From IMG/VR virus record IMGVR_UViG_3300031774_000023, positions 1 through 52,477 of that record: a stretch of 52,477 nt of DNA. One strand, written 5' to 3'. Position numbers and translations under genes: made by a program. Shown in pieces: positions 19,616 through 27,298 of the stretch. Position 1 is the first letter of the stretch; each line of letters starts with the position of its first letter. A model generated the notes under the pieces. That model saw only the letters and a program-made list of their open reading frames with translations, was not told the origin of the DNA and ran no database searches. Origin of the DNA: a virus. Lineage: Duplodnaviria; Caudoviricetes.

Positions 19616-21095
19616 GACTTTTCTCTTTATTTCTCCAATCTTCATCAGATATTTTCTCTAATTCACTTCTTCTACAGGGTTTTGCCCCATCTAAAGCAGT
19701 CCAAATAGCATCCATTATATCATCATGCTTTCCTTTTGGATACGACAAGAACTCTTGCTGAGCTTTAATATCTTCTGGTCTAAAATAAAAAGTCCCTTTT
19801 GCGAACAATGGTACTAGTGATAACAACCTTTCTGATTTACTATTTCTAGGTTTTACACCAGATTCAAGACCTGGTATATATAAACTTTCTTCTCTCATTA
19901 ATTCTCTTACTGCTGTTCTTAAAGCCTCCTGATAACCTACTGTTTCTACCTTAATTCTCCTTGGTTTAAACTTTTTATAGGTATCTATTATTAATTGAGG
20001 CTGCTGTGCTGGTGATATTCTATTTCTATATATATCTACTATATACTTGTTATTATTCGAATCAATCCCAATAGTAGTGATAACAAAATAGTCAGCCCTA
20101 GCAGACAAAGAGCTTGCAGGGTCAACCCCAGTATATAGCTCCACAGGTTTGATTTTTTCATTTTCTAATCCCTCATTCTTAATTAAACAATTTTGTCCAT
20201 CAATTCTCTTATAATCATAATGATGCATTTTAATCCAATCAGGCTGGAATGGTGCATCATCAGGAGATTGGGCTATATTCATGTATTCTTGATAGAATCC
20301 ATTAATATTCCCTACGGATGAAAATTCATCCTTTATGGCCAATATCCTGTCTCGTGGAAATCTTTCAGGCCAAATACTCTTTTCGTCATCATCCCATATA
20401 GAAAACCATAAAACATTCCATGCAGCAGACTCTTTAGCCCAACATAAGAAACAATCCTCCGATATTACAGTGCCAATCATGGCAATCCTCCCTTCATCAG
20501 AAAGGGAAGGTATAACAGCTTCTGTCATCCATTTCCTGTTTTTAGCCCTAGCCTCTGGTGTATAAGCATTTAACTCTGATTCAAAGTCATCTACTATAAT
20601 CAGGTTAGGTCTTGTATCACCTTCAATAAAACCCCTAACTCTTTGTCCTGTACCAACAGCTATCATACGAGTACCATTGGCAAGCACTATATCAGTATGA
20701 GTCCATCTCTTAGCAGTATTAGGTCCCATATCTCCAAATATCTGTTTAAATCTATCGCTATGTGTTAAGTGATACTTAATTCTTGACAAGAAATTAATAG
20801 ACTGAGCCTGTGACTCTGATACTATAACTATAAATAGTTCATCTGTTGTTGATTTAAAAGCCGCTTTCCATAAAGGGAATATAAGGGTAGTAACTGTAGA
20901 TTTAGCTGTACCCCTAGGAGCTGCTATAAGAACCCTGCGTTTGTCATCATCTGATAAATTTGCATACACTTCATTGTGAAATGGAGGTGTAGCCTTCTTA
21001 AGTGCAGTAGGAAAGCAGTGCTTTCCAAATAAAGCCATGTTATTACGTAACTTCTTAAGAGCTTGTAATTGCTCATATTTATCTTCGTAATCCAT
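19596..21095 (-). CDS. terL: Terminase large subunit
   Basis: Walker A-like APRGTAKST, Walker B IIVDDFE, nuclease motifs GVDPA and HDDIMDA. Confidence 0.93.
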   Translation of the reverse strand: MDYEDKYEQLQALKKLRNNMALFGKHCFPTALKKATPPFHNEVYANLSDDDKRRVLIAAPRGTAKSTVTTLIFPLWKAAFKSTTDELFIVIVSESQAQSINFLSRIKYHLTHSDRFKQIFGDMGPNTAKRWTHTDIVLANGTRMIAVGTGQRVRGFIEGDTRPNLIIVDDFESELNAYTPEARAKNRKWMTEAVIPSLSDEGRIAMIGTVISEDCFLCWAKESAAWNVLWFSIWDDDEKSIWPERFPRDRILAIKDEFSSVGNINGFYQEYMNIAQSPDDAPFQPDWIKMHHYDYKRIDGQNCLIKNEGLENEKIKPVELYTGVDPASSLSARADYFVITTIGIDSNNNKYIVDIYRNRISPAQQPQLIIDTYKKFKPRRIKVETVGYQEALRTAVRELMREESLYIPGLESGVKPRNSKSERLLSLVPLFAKGTFYFRPEDIKAQQEFLSYPKGKHDDIMDAIWTALDGAKPCRRSELEKISDEDWRNKEKSLDWMTM

Positions 21096-21172
21096 TAATA
21101 ATATTTAATGTCTACTTTACCCTTAGATTTGTCTTTTTGACTAAGTTTATAACCTTTCTTCTTTTTCGCCAT
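21095..21172 (-). CDS. 25-aa basic peptide (MAKKKKGYKLSQKDKSKGKVDIKYY)
   Basis: TAATG coupling at both ends. Confidence 0.45.
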   Translation of the reverse strand: MAKKKKGYKLSQKDKSKGKVDIKYY

Positions 21173-21477
21173 TATACTAATTCCTCGTCTGGGTTAGGTA
21201 ATGACTCTTCTATAGCAGGAACTACTGTCCCAGGCCTATAATCAGAACCTTTCTTTTCATATTTAGCATTTATAGGCTTTGTAATTCTATCTTTTAAATA
21301 TGATATATTTGCCAATGCTGCTTCTTTGTTTTTTATCTGCTCCAACTTATTCGCCATGATTTTATTTCCTGATTCAACAAAGGAAACAATACTCCGAACA
21401 TTAGGCTCTGGTGGTCCCCCCATATTATAAATACTTTCCATTATCTGTTCTGTAAGCTCTTTGTTTTTATACTTCAT
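21172..21477 (-). CDS. Hypothetical protein
   Basis: 101-aa ORF coupled within the operon. Confidence 0.65.
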   Translation of the reverse strand: MKYKNKELTEQIMESIYNMGGPPEPNVRSIVSFVESGNKIMANKLEQIKNKEAALANISYLKDRITKPINAKYEKKGSDYRPGTVVPAIEESLPNPDEELV

Positions 21478-22223
21478 TCTTCCTCCTTAGTAGTAGTTCT
21501 AGTTGCAATAAGCTTTTCTTCTTCTTCTCTAAGCTCATCTATTAATTTTACATTACTTGTAGCTTCTATCTGTTCTACAGTCTTAACAAGGTGTTTATCT
21601 TTCATACCATGCATATCTTGTAAGTTATCGACAGCTCTCATTAAATTAGTAACATCGCCCTTATCTTTGGCTTTTTTTATAGTTTCCTCTAAAAGCTCTA
21701 ATGTATAAGCCTCTGTAAGGCCGTGCTCTTGAAGTAACTTCTGTAATTCATCTCTTACCATATCTTTGAATTTCTCCTTCTTCATTCTTCTCTTCCACAT
21801 GACTTTAGTACTATCACTAGGATTATCTAGAACGTGATTGATTGTTTTATCATAGTCCATGGTTTGTGCATACACCATGGCTAAATTCTTCATTTTCTGC
21901 CCACCTGACAACACTTCCCAATGAGTTTTGCCAGATATTGTGTTATTGGCTTTCCTACCAGAAGCATTAAGCTTAACGGAGCTATAATTAGGATTATAAA
22001 AAGTATAACCATAGGGAAGACGAATATAAATGCTAGTGGGCTTATATATGGACTTGCTGATGACCTTAGCCACGTATTCATCATCGGATATGGCGTAATC
22101 TCCTTCGTCAGCTTTTCTCCACTCTTTGTATTCGATTTCTTTGTCATCTGCCTCTTCTTTCCTGTATATCTTATAAGCAGTAGGCTCTTTATCACCTTTA
22201 TGGTGTATATCTATAGTGTACAT
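21474..22223 (-). CDS. Terminase small subunit candidate
   Basis: Upstream of TerL; helical C-terminus (LEETIKKAKDKGDVTNLMRAVDNLQDMHG) resembles TerS oligomerisation segments. Confidence 0.5.
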   Translation of the reverse strand: MYTIDIHHKGDKEPTAYKIYRKEEADDKEIEYKEWRKADEGDYAISDDEYVAKVISKSIYKPTSIYIRLPYGYTFYNPNYSSVKLNASGRKANNTISGKTHWEVLSGGQKMKNLAMVYAQTMDYDKTINHVLDNPSDSTKVMWKRRMKKEKFKDMVRDELQKLLQEHGLTEAYTLELLEETIKKAKDKGDVTNLMRAVDNLQDMHGMKDKHLVKTVEQIEATSNVKLIDELREEEEKLIATRTTTKEEE

Positions 22224-22729
22224 TATATTTTAAAAGCGTCTGAACCCTGTTCTTTCAGAACATTACTTTGCAACAACTGGTCTTTTACAAGCTCTTTATA
22301 TTTAGGGTCGTCTGCACTTCTCCATTCATCTATAAATAAGTCTAAATCTCCATCAAGTCTATTGTACTCAGATTCCATTATCTTCTTAGATATATTCTCA
22401 TACATAACCTTGTCAGTATCAGTAAAATCACCAGTTCCGCCATAATCATATCGTTCATAACCAGGAACCATATCATTTCCGCCGTATTTAAGAAAATTAC
22501 TACCTTGTGGGAGAAAAGTATTCTTTATCCAATCCAACTCTTCATCTGTAGCTCCTATATTAGCATTACCCCTTGCTATATTAGCCATCATTGAACCAGA
22601 ACCTCCAGTTAATTGAACAGGGCCAAAAGCAGATGAACCGCTTCCCGATACCTTCGTTCTTATCCAGGGATTGTTATAAGCTCCTGTTTCTGCTTTGGCA
22701 AAGGCATTATAAAGGTTGTCAAAATTCAT
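22223..22729 (-). CDS. Lysozyme-like / lytic transglycosylase fold protein
   Basis: AET(G)...SSAFGPVQL pattern (catalytic Glu plus GxxQ). Start reassigned to 22729 (TAATG). Confidence 0.55.
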   Translation of the reverse strand: MNFDNLYNAFAKAETGAYNNPWIRTKVSGSGSSAFGPVQLTGGSGSMMANIARGNANIGATDEELDWIKNTFLPQGSNFLKYGGNDMVPGYERYDYGGTGDFTDTDKVMYENISKKIMESEYNRLDGDLDLFIDEWRSADDPKYKELVKDQLLQSNVLKEQGSDAFKI

Positions 22730-23163
22730 TAATACATCTGTTTTGAAGCAGTTGATGAAAGCCAAGGATTAGTATACGCACTCTTAGGATACTTATTCCT
22801 AGCTTTTAATAGATGTCTCTCTTGAGCAGTAGAACCCATAGAATCATACTTATAAGGCTCCTCTAAAGGTGTATCAGTCATCATATCTTGAATAATCTGC
22901 AAAAGACCTTTTCTTTTACTAGCATCCTGCATCTGCTTGCCAACTTTCTTCATATCTATGTTTCCCTCTTCATCTGGCTCTGCTCCCATAAAATAACCCA
23001 TCAATCCAGTAAAAAGAGAACCCATATCTTCAGGATTATTATAGAATCCTCCGCTATACAAATCTTGGTTTACACCAAATTGATTAACATTTTCACTATC
23101 CGACTCTGTAGCTCTTCTTTTTTTTATATTACCTACTATATTCTTTCCAGGGTACCAACTCAT
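22729..23163 (-). CDS. Hypothetical protein
   Basis: 144-aa ORF coupled to its neighbours. Confidence 0.65.
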   Translation of the reverse strand: MSWYPGKNIVGNIKKRRATESDSENVNQFGVNQDLYSGGFYNNPEDMGSLFTGLMGYFMGAEPDEEGNIDMKKVGKQMQDASKRKGLLQIIQDMMTDTPLEEPYKYDSMGSTAQERHLLKARNKYPKSAYTNPWLSSTASKQMY

Positions 23164-23164
23164 A

Positions 23165-23509
23165 TTAAAATCTCCAATCTAAGGTTAATAAGGGGTTCTT
23201 CTTATCTAGTTTAAACCCCATGTTTAAGTTTCTATTAGGCGAAAAGTTTATCTTATTCTTTAATACATCAGCTCTTACACTATCTGGTAGAAGTTTAGTT
23301 AAAGTAGGGTCTATAACTCTATCTAAGAAAGTTTTACCGAATATAGCACCAGGTATTAATGCTGGGTTATCACCCACTTGTGACAAAGTATTCTTTATAC
23401 CTGCCCTGTTTTGTACCCCTTTATGGAGTAATTGTGCCCATACAGGACTTACATCCCTGTTAAAGGTCATTTCTTCCATATTTGCTGTGTTATCGCTATT
23501 ATACGCCAT
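23165..23509 (-). CDS. Hypothetical protein, first gene of the late arm (114 aa, MAYNSDNTAN...)
   Basis: Start reassigned to 23509, just downstream of a promoter; the upstream extension looks non-coding. Confidence 0.6.
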   Translation of the reverse strand: MAYNSDNTANMEEMTFNRDVSPVWAQLLHKGVQNRAGIKNTLSQVGDNPALIPGAIFGKTFLDRVIDPTLTKLLPDSVRADVLKNKINFSPNRNLNMGFKLDKKNPLLTLDWRF

Positions 23510-23520
23510 ATTATAGCTAT

Positions 23521-23550
23521 AATTTAACACTAACAAACACATACTTCCAA
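23521..23550 (-). promoter_or_regulatory. sigma70-like late promoter TTGGAA-N18-TAAATT (extended TGn)
   Basis: Same -10 hexamer as the promoters at 19587 and 49296; 11 nt from the ATG. Confidence 0.5.
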
Positions 23551-23564
23551 ATAGTTTATTATTT

Positions 23565-23695
23565 GAGGTACCTCTAATTACCCAACGTCCATGTAGAGAT
23601 AGCTTATACCTATGTATTCTTTGTCTAAAAAGAAGACTACCGCTAATACTACCCATGGAGGTACCTCTAAGTACTACCTCTATATATATACCTCT
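23565..23695. repeat. Repeated TACCTCT boxes; two copies of the palindrome GAGGTACCTC(taa)
   Basis: gaggtacctctaa at 23565 and 23658; tacctct again at 23675 and 23689. Confidence 0.75.
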
Positions 23696-23839
23696 GGTAG
23701 AAAATAACCCAAAAAATATATTTTCAAAGCCTTTTTTTATTTTTAGGCGTAAATCACTGAAAATCAACGATTTAGGTTGAGTTTTAAAAAAATTATAAAA
23801 ATTTTGCGTGTGTGAGATATACACACAACCCTACCCGCC

Positions 23840-23878
23840 GTTTTCAACCGTGGTGGGGGGGCGTAATCGGTTGAAAAC
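23840..23878. repeat. 11-bp perfect inverted repeat around a G-rich loop at the strand switch
   Basis: gttttcaaccg / cggttgaaaac flanking tggtgggggggcgtaat. Confidence 0.85.
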
Positions 23879-23963
23879 CTCTCATATGATGACCGCTTCG
23901 CTATCATATTCGAGCCCTTGCTATCATTGCTTTTTATTAATTAATAAGATAAAGGAAAAATCA

Positions 23964-24317
23964 ATGAAACAAACTACTAAATTTACAAAATCACTTTTAA
24001 CTACTCTATTTAATAAGATAAGTGATTTGAAAATTCTTGCAATATCAAAAGTATCACCAAAAGACGGCAAGCTCTATATAACTCTTCCATCAGTTGAGAG
24101 GTTACAATTGGGGGATACAACAGAGCCTACCGTCTTTTGGAATGATTCTTCTGATGTAATTGCACAACTAAAGCCTATTATTGGCGACGACTTGGTAATT
24201 GAACTATTGCCTCCAAGTCGTGAAGGTGAGGCTTTAGTTATTAAGGACAAATCAGATATGAAAGAATATTCAAAGAATGTAGCACTTGAATTTGTGGATT
24301 CTTTGAATAATCAATAA
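23964..24317 (+). CDS. Hypothetical protein, first early gene (117 aa)
   Basis: Start reassigned to ATG 23964 behind an AAGGA SD. Confidence 0.7.
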   Translation: MKQTTKFTKSLLTTLFNKISDLKILAISKVSPKDGKLYITLPSVERLQLGDTTEPTVFWNDSSDVIAQLKPIIGDDLVIELLPPSREGEALVIKDKSDMKEYSKNVALEFVDSLNNQ

Positions 24318-24341
24318 TATCTGATTTATCTGTATTAAAGA

Positions 24342-24388
24342 GTGATTGAGTTGTTAGTATATAGCGACTCAATCACATCTTTTTTTTA
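24342..24388 (+). terminator. Intrinsic terminator
   Basis: 15-bp stem gtgattgagttgtta/tagcgactcaatcac (two G-U pairs) followed by a T run. Confidence 0.75.
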
Positions 24389-24463
24389 TATAAAGTAATA
24401 CATACAGTTGTTTTGTATGTGTTTAAAAATTTATTAATTAATGTTAAACATAAAGGATAAAAT

Positions 24464-24619
24464 ATGACTTGCAGTAAATGTAAAACTGAGATTAAAGGTA
24501 ATGTTTTACACACAAATTGTCCTTGTTGTTGGGGAGGTATACTCAAAGTCTGTGAAGATTGTTTTAACTTCATAGAATTTGGTGATAATCCATTGACAAT
24601 GAAGGATATAACTGATTAA
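24464..24619 (+). CDS. 51-aa Cys-rich Zn-finger protein (MTCSKCK...HTNCPCCW...VCEDCF...)
   Basis: Manually translated; AAGGA SD; 7 Cys plus a His. Confidence 0.65.
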   Translation: MTCSKCKTEIKGNVLHTNCPCCWGGILKVCEDCFNFIEFGDNPLTMKDITD

Positions 24620-24628
24620 GAATCGGAG

Positions 24629-24660
24629 CTTGATAGAGCTTGGCAACAGAATCTATCAAG
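24629..24660 (+). other. Intergenic hairpin cttgataga-gcttggcaacagaa-tctatcaag
   Basis: 9-bp perfect stem. Confidence 0.6.
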
Positions 24661-24711
24661 AAGTATTTTATTTTAAAGATTTATAAACAAAACGAAAGGT
24701 AGGATAATTAA

Positions 24712-24930
24712 ATGGAAGATAATGATTTAAAAGAATATGCTCATCATGCAGATGATATAAGTTGTCAAGAAGAATATGATGAGTCTTCTAAGCGTAAAGA
24801 AAAATGCAAATTAAATGAAAAAGAAATTGTTTTGGATTATTACAGAACTAGGCTTGGTAATGCATTAATTTTAATTGATAAATTAGAAGATGAAATAACT
24901 GAATTACAAGGAGAAAGAAGAGGTAATTAA
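24712..24930 (+). CDS. Hypothetical acidic coiled-coil protein
   Basis: 72 aa; SD upstream. Confidence 0.65.
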   Translation: MEDNDLKEYAHHADDISCQEEYDESSKRKEKCKLNEKEIVLDYYRTRLGNALILIDKLEDEITELQGERRGN

Positions 24931-24937
24931 ACAATAA

Positions 24938-25152
24938 CAGAGAGAAAGTGAGGTTTCAACTGTAGAAATAACTATAATATACTAGAGGGATAGGGCGACA
25001 GTCTGATTCCCTCAAAGATTTGATGTATCAATCCGCTATAAATAAACTACTACCAATATGTAAGGAATTTGGGCTTGTGATGTCACTTGCAGCAAAGCTG
25101 GTGAGAGCGGTTTCATATGACGATATGATAGGATATGCATAGTTTTGTTTAT
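24938..25152 (+). ncRNA. Putative structured intergenic RNA(s)
   Basis: Hairpin 24985-25013; closing stem 25038-25049/25140-25152; internal hairpins cagc-aaa-gctg and tcatat-gacg-atatga. Confidence 0.45.
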
Positions 25153-25192
25153 TTACTATGTATTGAAATTAAATAGCTATAAAGGAGCTTAA

Positions 25193-25357
25193 ATGGAACA
25201 TATAGGAAAGATTATTAAAAGAGTAATGGATAGGTGGAAACACTGTAAAAAGTGTGAAATATACTACTTAGAAGACTGTAATTGTAAGATTGAGAAAGTA
25301 ATTGTAAAACTAAAAGACAATGTAATTATACAAACAAAAAGAAAGGTAGGAAAATAA
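25193..25357 (+). CDS. 54-aa protein with CKKC/CNC (possible Zn binding)
   Basis: Manually translated; AAGGAG SD. Confidence 0.6.
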   Translation: MEHIGKIIKRVMDRWKHCKKCEIYYLEDCNCKIEKVIVKLKDNVIIQTKRKVGK

Positions 25358-25494
25358 TGAAAGAATATCATTATATATTTGGTAATCTAATATCTATTGT
25401 AATAGCTAAGAGTAGAATGGAGGCTATTGAAAAGATAAAAGATAATATAGGTAGAAGATTTGTTGTTAGAATCTGTAAAGTAGTATCTATATAA
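25357..25494 (+). CDS. 45-aa hypothetical protein
   Basis: TAATG coupling; SD upstream. Confidence 0.55.
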   Translation: MKEYHYIFGNLISIVIAKSRMEAIEKIKDNIGRRFVVRICKVVSI

Positions 25495-25509
25495 AGATTA
25501 ATTAATAAA

Positions 25510-25608
25510 ATTAGAGAGATGTAAGTCCCGAGAAGACACTCAATAAGTCTTAAGAGCAAATAGCCATCGAGCATATTGCCTAAGCAAAACGAAGGCATTC
25601 TCTCTAAT
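25510..25608 (+). ncRNA. Putative structured intergenic RNA
   Basis: 10-bp closing stem attagagaga/tctctctaat; internal aagac/gtctt and gcct/aggc hairpins; contains TGTAAGTCC. Confidence 0.5.
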
Positions 25609-25628
25609 AAACCAAGAAAGGTATAAAA

Positions 25629-25799
25629 ATGGAATATTTTATAAGCATACTTGAAGAAGTAATAAAAAATTTTAAATCATATTGTGGTATTTTCATTTTA
25701 AAATGGAAAGATTCAAGTGAAATTAAAAAACAAATTGAAAAGATAGTTGAAGAATTGGAGTATTTAATCTTTTTAATAAAACAAGGAGGTATAAAATGA
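25629..25799 (+). CDS. 56-aa hypothetical protein
   Basis: Manually translated; ATGA overlap with the next gene. Confidence 0.55.
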   Translation: MEYFISILEEVIKNFKSYCGIFILKWKDSSEIKKQIEKIVEELEYLIFLIKQGGIK

Positions 25800-26089
25800 T
25801 AGTAGAAATGTTTTATGGTGTATTAATGATTATGGTAGAGTTTAGTGGCGATGATGTTCATCATTATAATGTCAAAGTAAATGAATTAGCGTCTATAAAC
25901 TTTAGTCAAAGCAAAATATCGTTTGTTTACAAGGAAAGCGGTAAAGAAGAGGTTTTAGATATATTTTCTGACCAAGACTATTTAGCATTTGCTAATTGGT
26001 GGAAAGATAATAAATATAAAGTTGTTCAAGCTATGGGTGAAGCAGATACAAAATACATTCATAATAGAAATACAGATGTTAAATTTTAA
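25796..26089 (+). CDS. Hypothetical protein
   Basis: 97 aa; AGGAGG SD. Confidence 0.7.
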   Translation: MIVEMFYGVLMIMVEFSGDDVHHYNVKVNELASINFSQSKISFVYKESGKEEVLDIFSDQDYLAFANWWKDNKYKVVQAMGEADTKYIHNRNTDVKF

Positions 26090-26091
26090 TA

Positions 26092-26209
26092 ATTAATAGA
26101 TGAGGTTCAAGAGTAGGTAAGTTTGAGGTAACATATAACTCTACAAAACTTGAGACGGGTGGTGGTGAGCTAAGGTGAAAGGTGAGAGTCCTTCGTGTAA
26201 TCTATTAAT
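26092..26209 (+). ncRNA. Putative structured intergenic RNA (GAGG...UGAGAC...UAAGG...GUGUA type)
   Basis: 10-bp perfect closing stem attaatagat/atctattaat; T-loop-like hairpin aagg-tgagagt-cctt. Confidence 0.55.
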
Positions 26210-26215
26210 AATAAT

Positions 26216-26360
26216 TAAGTGAGTGTTGTGTAACCGTGAGGCCACAGAGGGTTTTTATGTATTATAAGTAACAAGGGTTTTTGAGTGTTTTCATATTTCG
26301 CTCTATGTTTTCCCTTGACTTCAACTACTTATACCTTTCACCCTTGTTAGCACTCACTTA
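26216..26360 (+). ncRNA. Putative long-hairpin intergenic RNA
   Basis: Nested stems taagtgagtg/cactcactta, tataagta/tacttata and caaggg/cccttg. Confidence 0.55.
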
Positions 26361-26381
26361 TAATTTGGAAAGGAGTAACAA

Positions 26382-26543
26382 ATGAATAGTTATGATGATT
26401 ATCTACTAAGCGTAGTAGATGTCCTAATTGAGAATAATATTAAAATAGGGAGTAAACATGCAAAGAAGAACAAATCAAGCAGTATTCGCAGTATTAGCAA
26501 TGCTAACAATATGGATAGTAATTCATACATCAAGAATAAATGA
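26382..26543 (+). CDS. Possible 53-aa ORF
   Basis: Strong AAGGAG SD, but overlaps the next gene by 86 nt. Confidence 0.3.
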   Translation: MNSYDDYLLSVVDVLIENNIKIGSKHAKKNKSSSIRSISNANNMDSNSYIKNK

Positions 26544-26829
26544 TATAGATTCTGATGTAACAGTATTAAATAGAACATCAAATTCTATGATGAATAGACT
26601 TATATCATTAGAATCTGAGGAAACAGAGCATTCATATTTTGATTTATATGAAGAGCAAAATAGATATTTACAAAGTTTTGAAGGTGACCTAACATTTAAG
26701 GAAACTTTCAAGAAAATGAGAGCAGAGTATGGTGCTGGACATATCTTTGATTGGAATAAAAGGTTGTTCACAACATATTATGCTGAAGAGTTAATGTTAA
26801 CTAGTATAACAGAAAAGGAGAATAGATGA
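26458..26829 (+). CDS. Membrane-anchored protein (N-terminal TM, coiled coil, C-terminal TFKETF..R...F.WN...TT module)
   Basis: 123 aa; hydrophobic AVFAVLAMLTIWIVI; ATGA overlap with the Ubl gene. Confidence 0.7.
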   Translation: MQRRTNQAVFAVLAMLTIWIVIHTSRINDIDSDVTVLNRTSNSMMNRLISLESEETEHSYFDLYEEQNRYLQSFEGDLTFKETFKKMRAEYGAGHIFDWNKRLFTTYYAEELMLTSITEKENR

Positions 26830-27023
26830 ATATTAATCTATTAGTAAACGGTGAATTCGTTTCAAGAGATGTTACAGCTACAACAGTAGGTGAACTAAGA
26901 AATGAATTAGAAGTTCCAGCAGACGCTAATGTAATGGTTGGTGGAACTATCAGACAAAACGATTATGAATTGTCTGACGGCGATATTGTTGCTTATGCAA
27001 GTAATAATAAAGTAGGAGGATAA
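26826..27023 (+). CDS. Ubiquitin-like (ThiS/MoaD beta-grasp) protein ending in Gly-Gly
   Basis: 65 aa; TTVGEL...VMVGG...YELSDGDIV...KVGG-stop matches the beta-grasp pattern; AAGGAG SD. Confidence 0.88.
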   Translation: MNINLLVNGEFVSRDVTATTVGELRNELEVPADANVMVGGTIRQNDYELSDGDIVAYASNNKVGG

Positions 27024-27167
27024 TTATTTGCGAGGGTAAACAAGGAAATAGGAAGCCCATGAGACTAAGCAATTAGGGAATGGTATGCTACTATAATGCT
27101 GAAAGTTCTTAATTGAACAGTATAAGGCAGGAGGGACATCTGTAAAATGATGTGTGTAGCAAATAAT
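27023..27167 (+). ncRNA. Putative structured intergenic RNA (GAGG...UGAGAC...UAAGG...GUGUA type)
   Basis: 9-bp closing stem attatttgc/gcaaataat; internal caattaggga/ttcttaattg and acatc/gatgt stems. Confidence 0.55.
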
Positions 27168-27178
27168 AAATAATAACT

Positions 27179-27270
27179 TTAAATGAGAGCCAATAACTGG
27201 TCCTGTAAGTCCTGGCGAACGTTAACCAACACGATGGCATGGCAAAGGAATATGTGAGGCTCTCATTTAA
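27179..27270 (+). ncRNA. Putative structured intergenic RNA
   Basis: 13-bp perfect closing stem ttaaatgagagcc/ggctctcatttaa; contains TGTAAGTCC. Confidence 0.55.
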
Positions 27271-27298
27271 TTAAACAGAGATAATGAAAGGAGTAACC

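Noticed and set aside
23510-23963. Upstream extensions of ORFs 23165-23824(-) and 23808-24317(+)
   Set aside because: They cross the repeat- and hairpin-rich divergence region; better starts exist at 23509 (promoter-proximal) and 23964 (SD).
24931-27283. tRNA genes or a CRISPR mini-array in the intergenic gaps
   Set aside because: No cloverleaf with a GTTCRA T-arm was found by eye, and there are no regularly spaced direct repeats.
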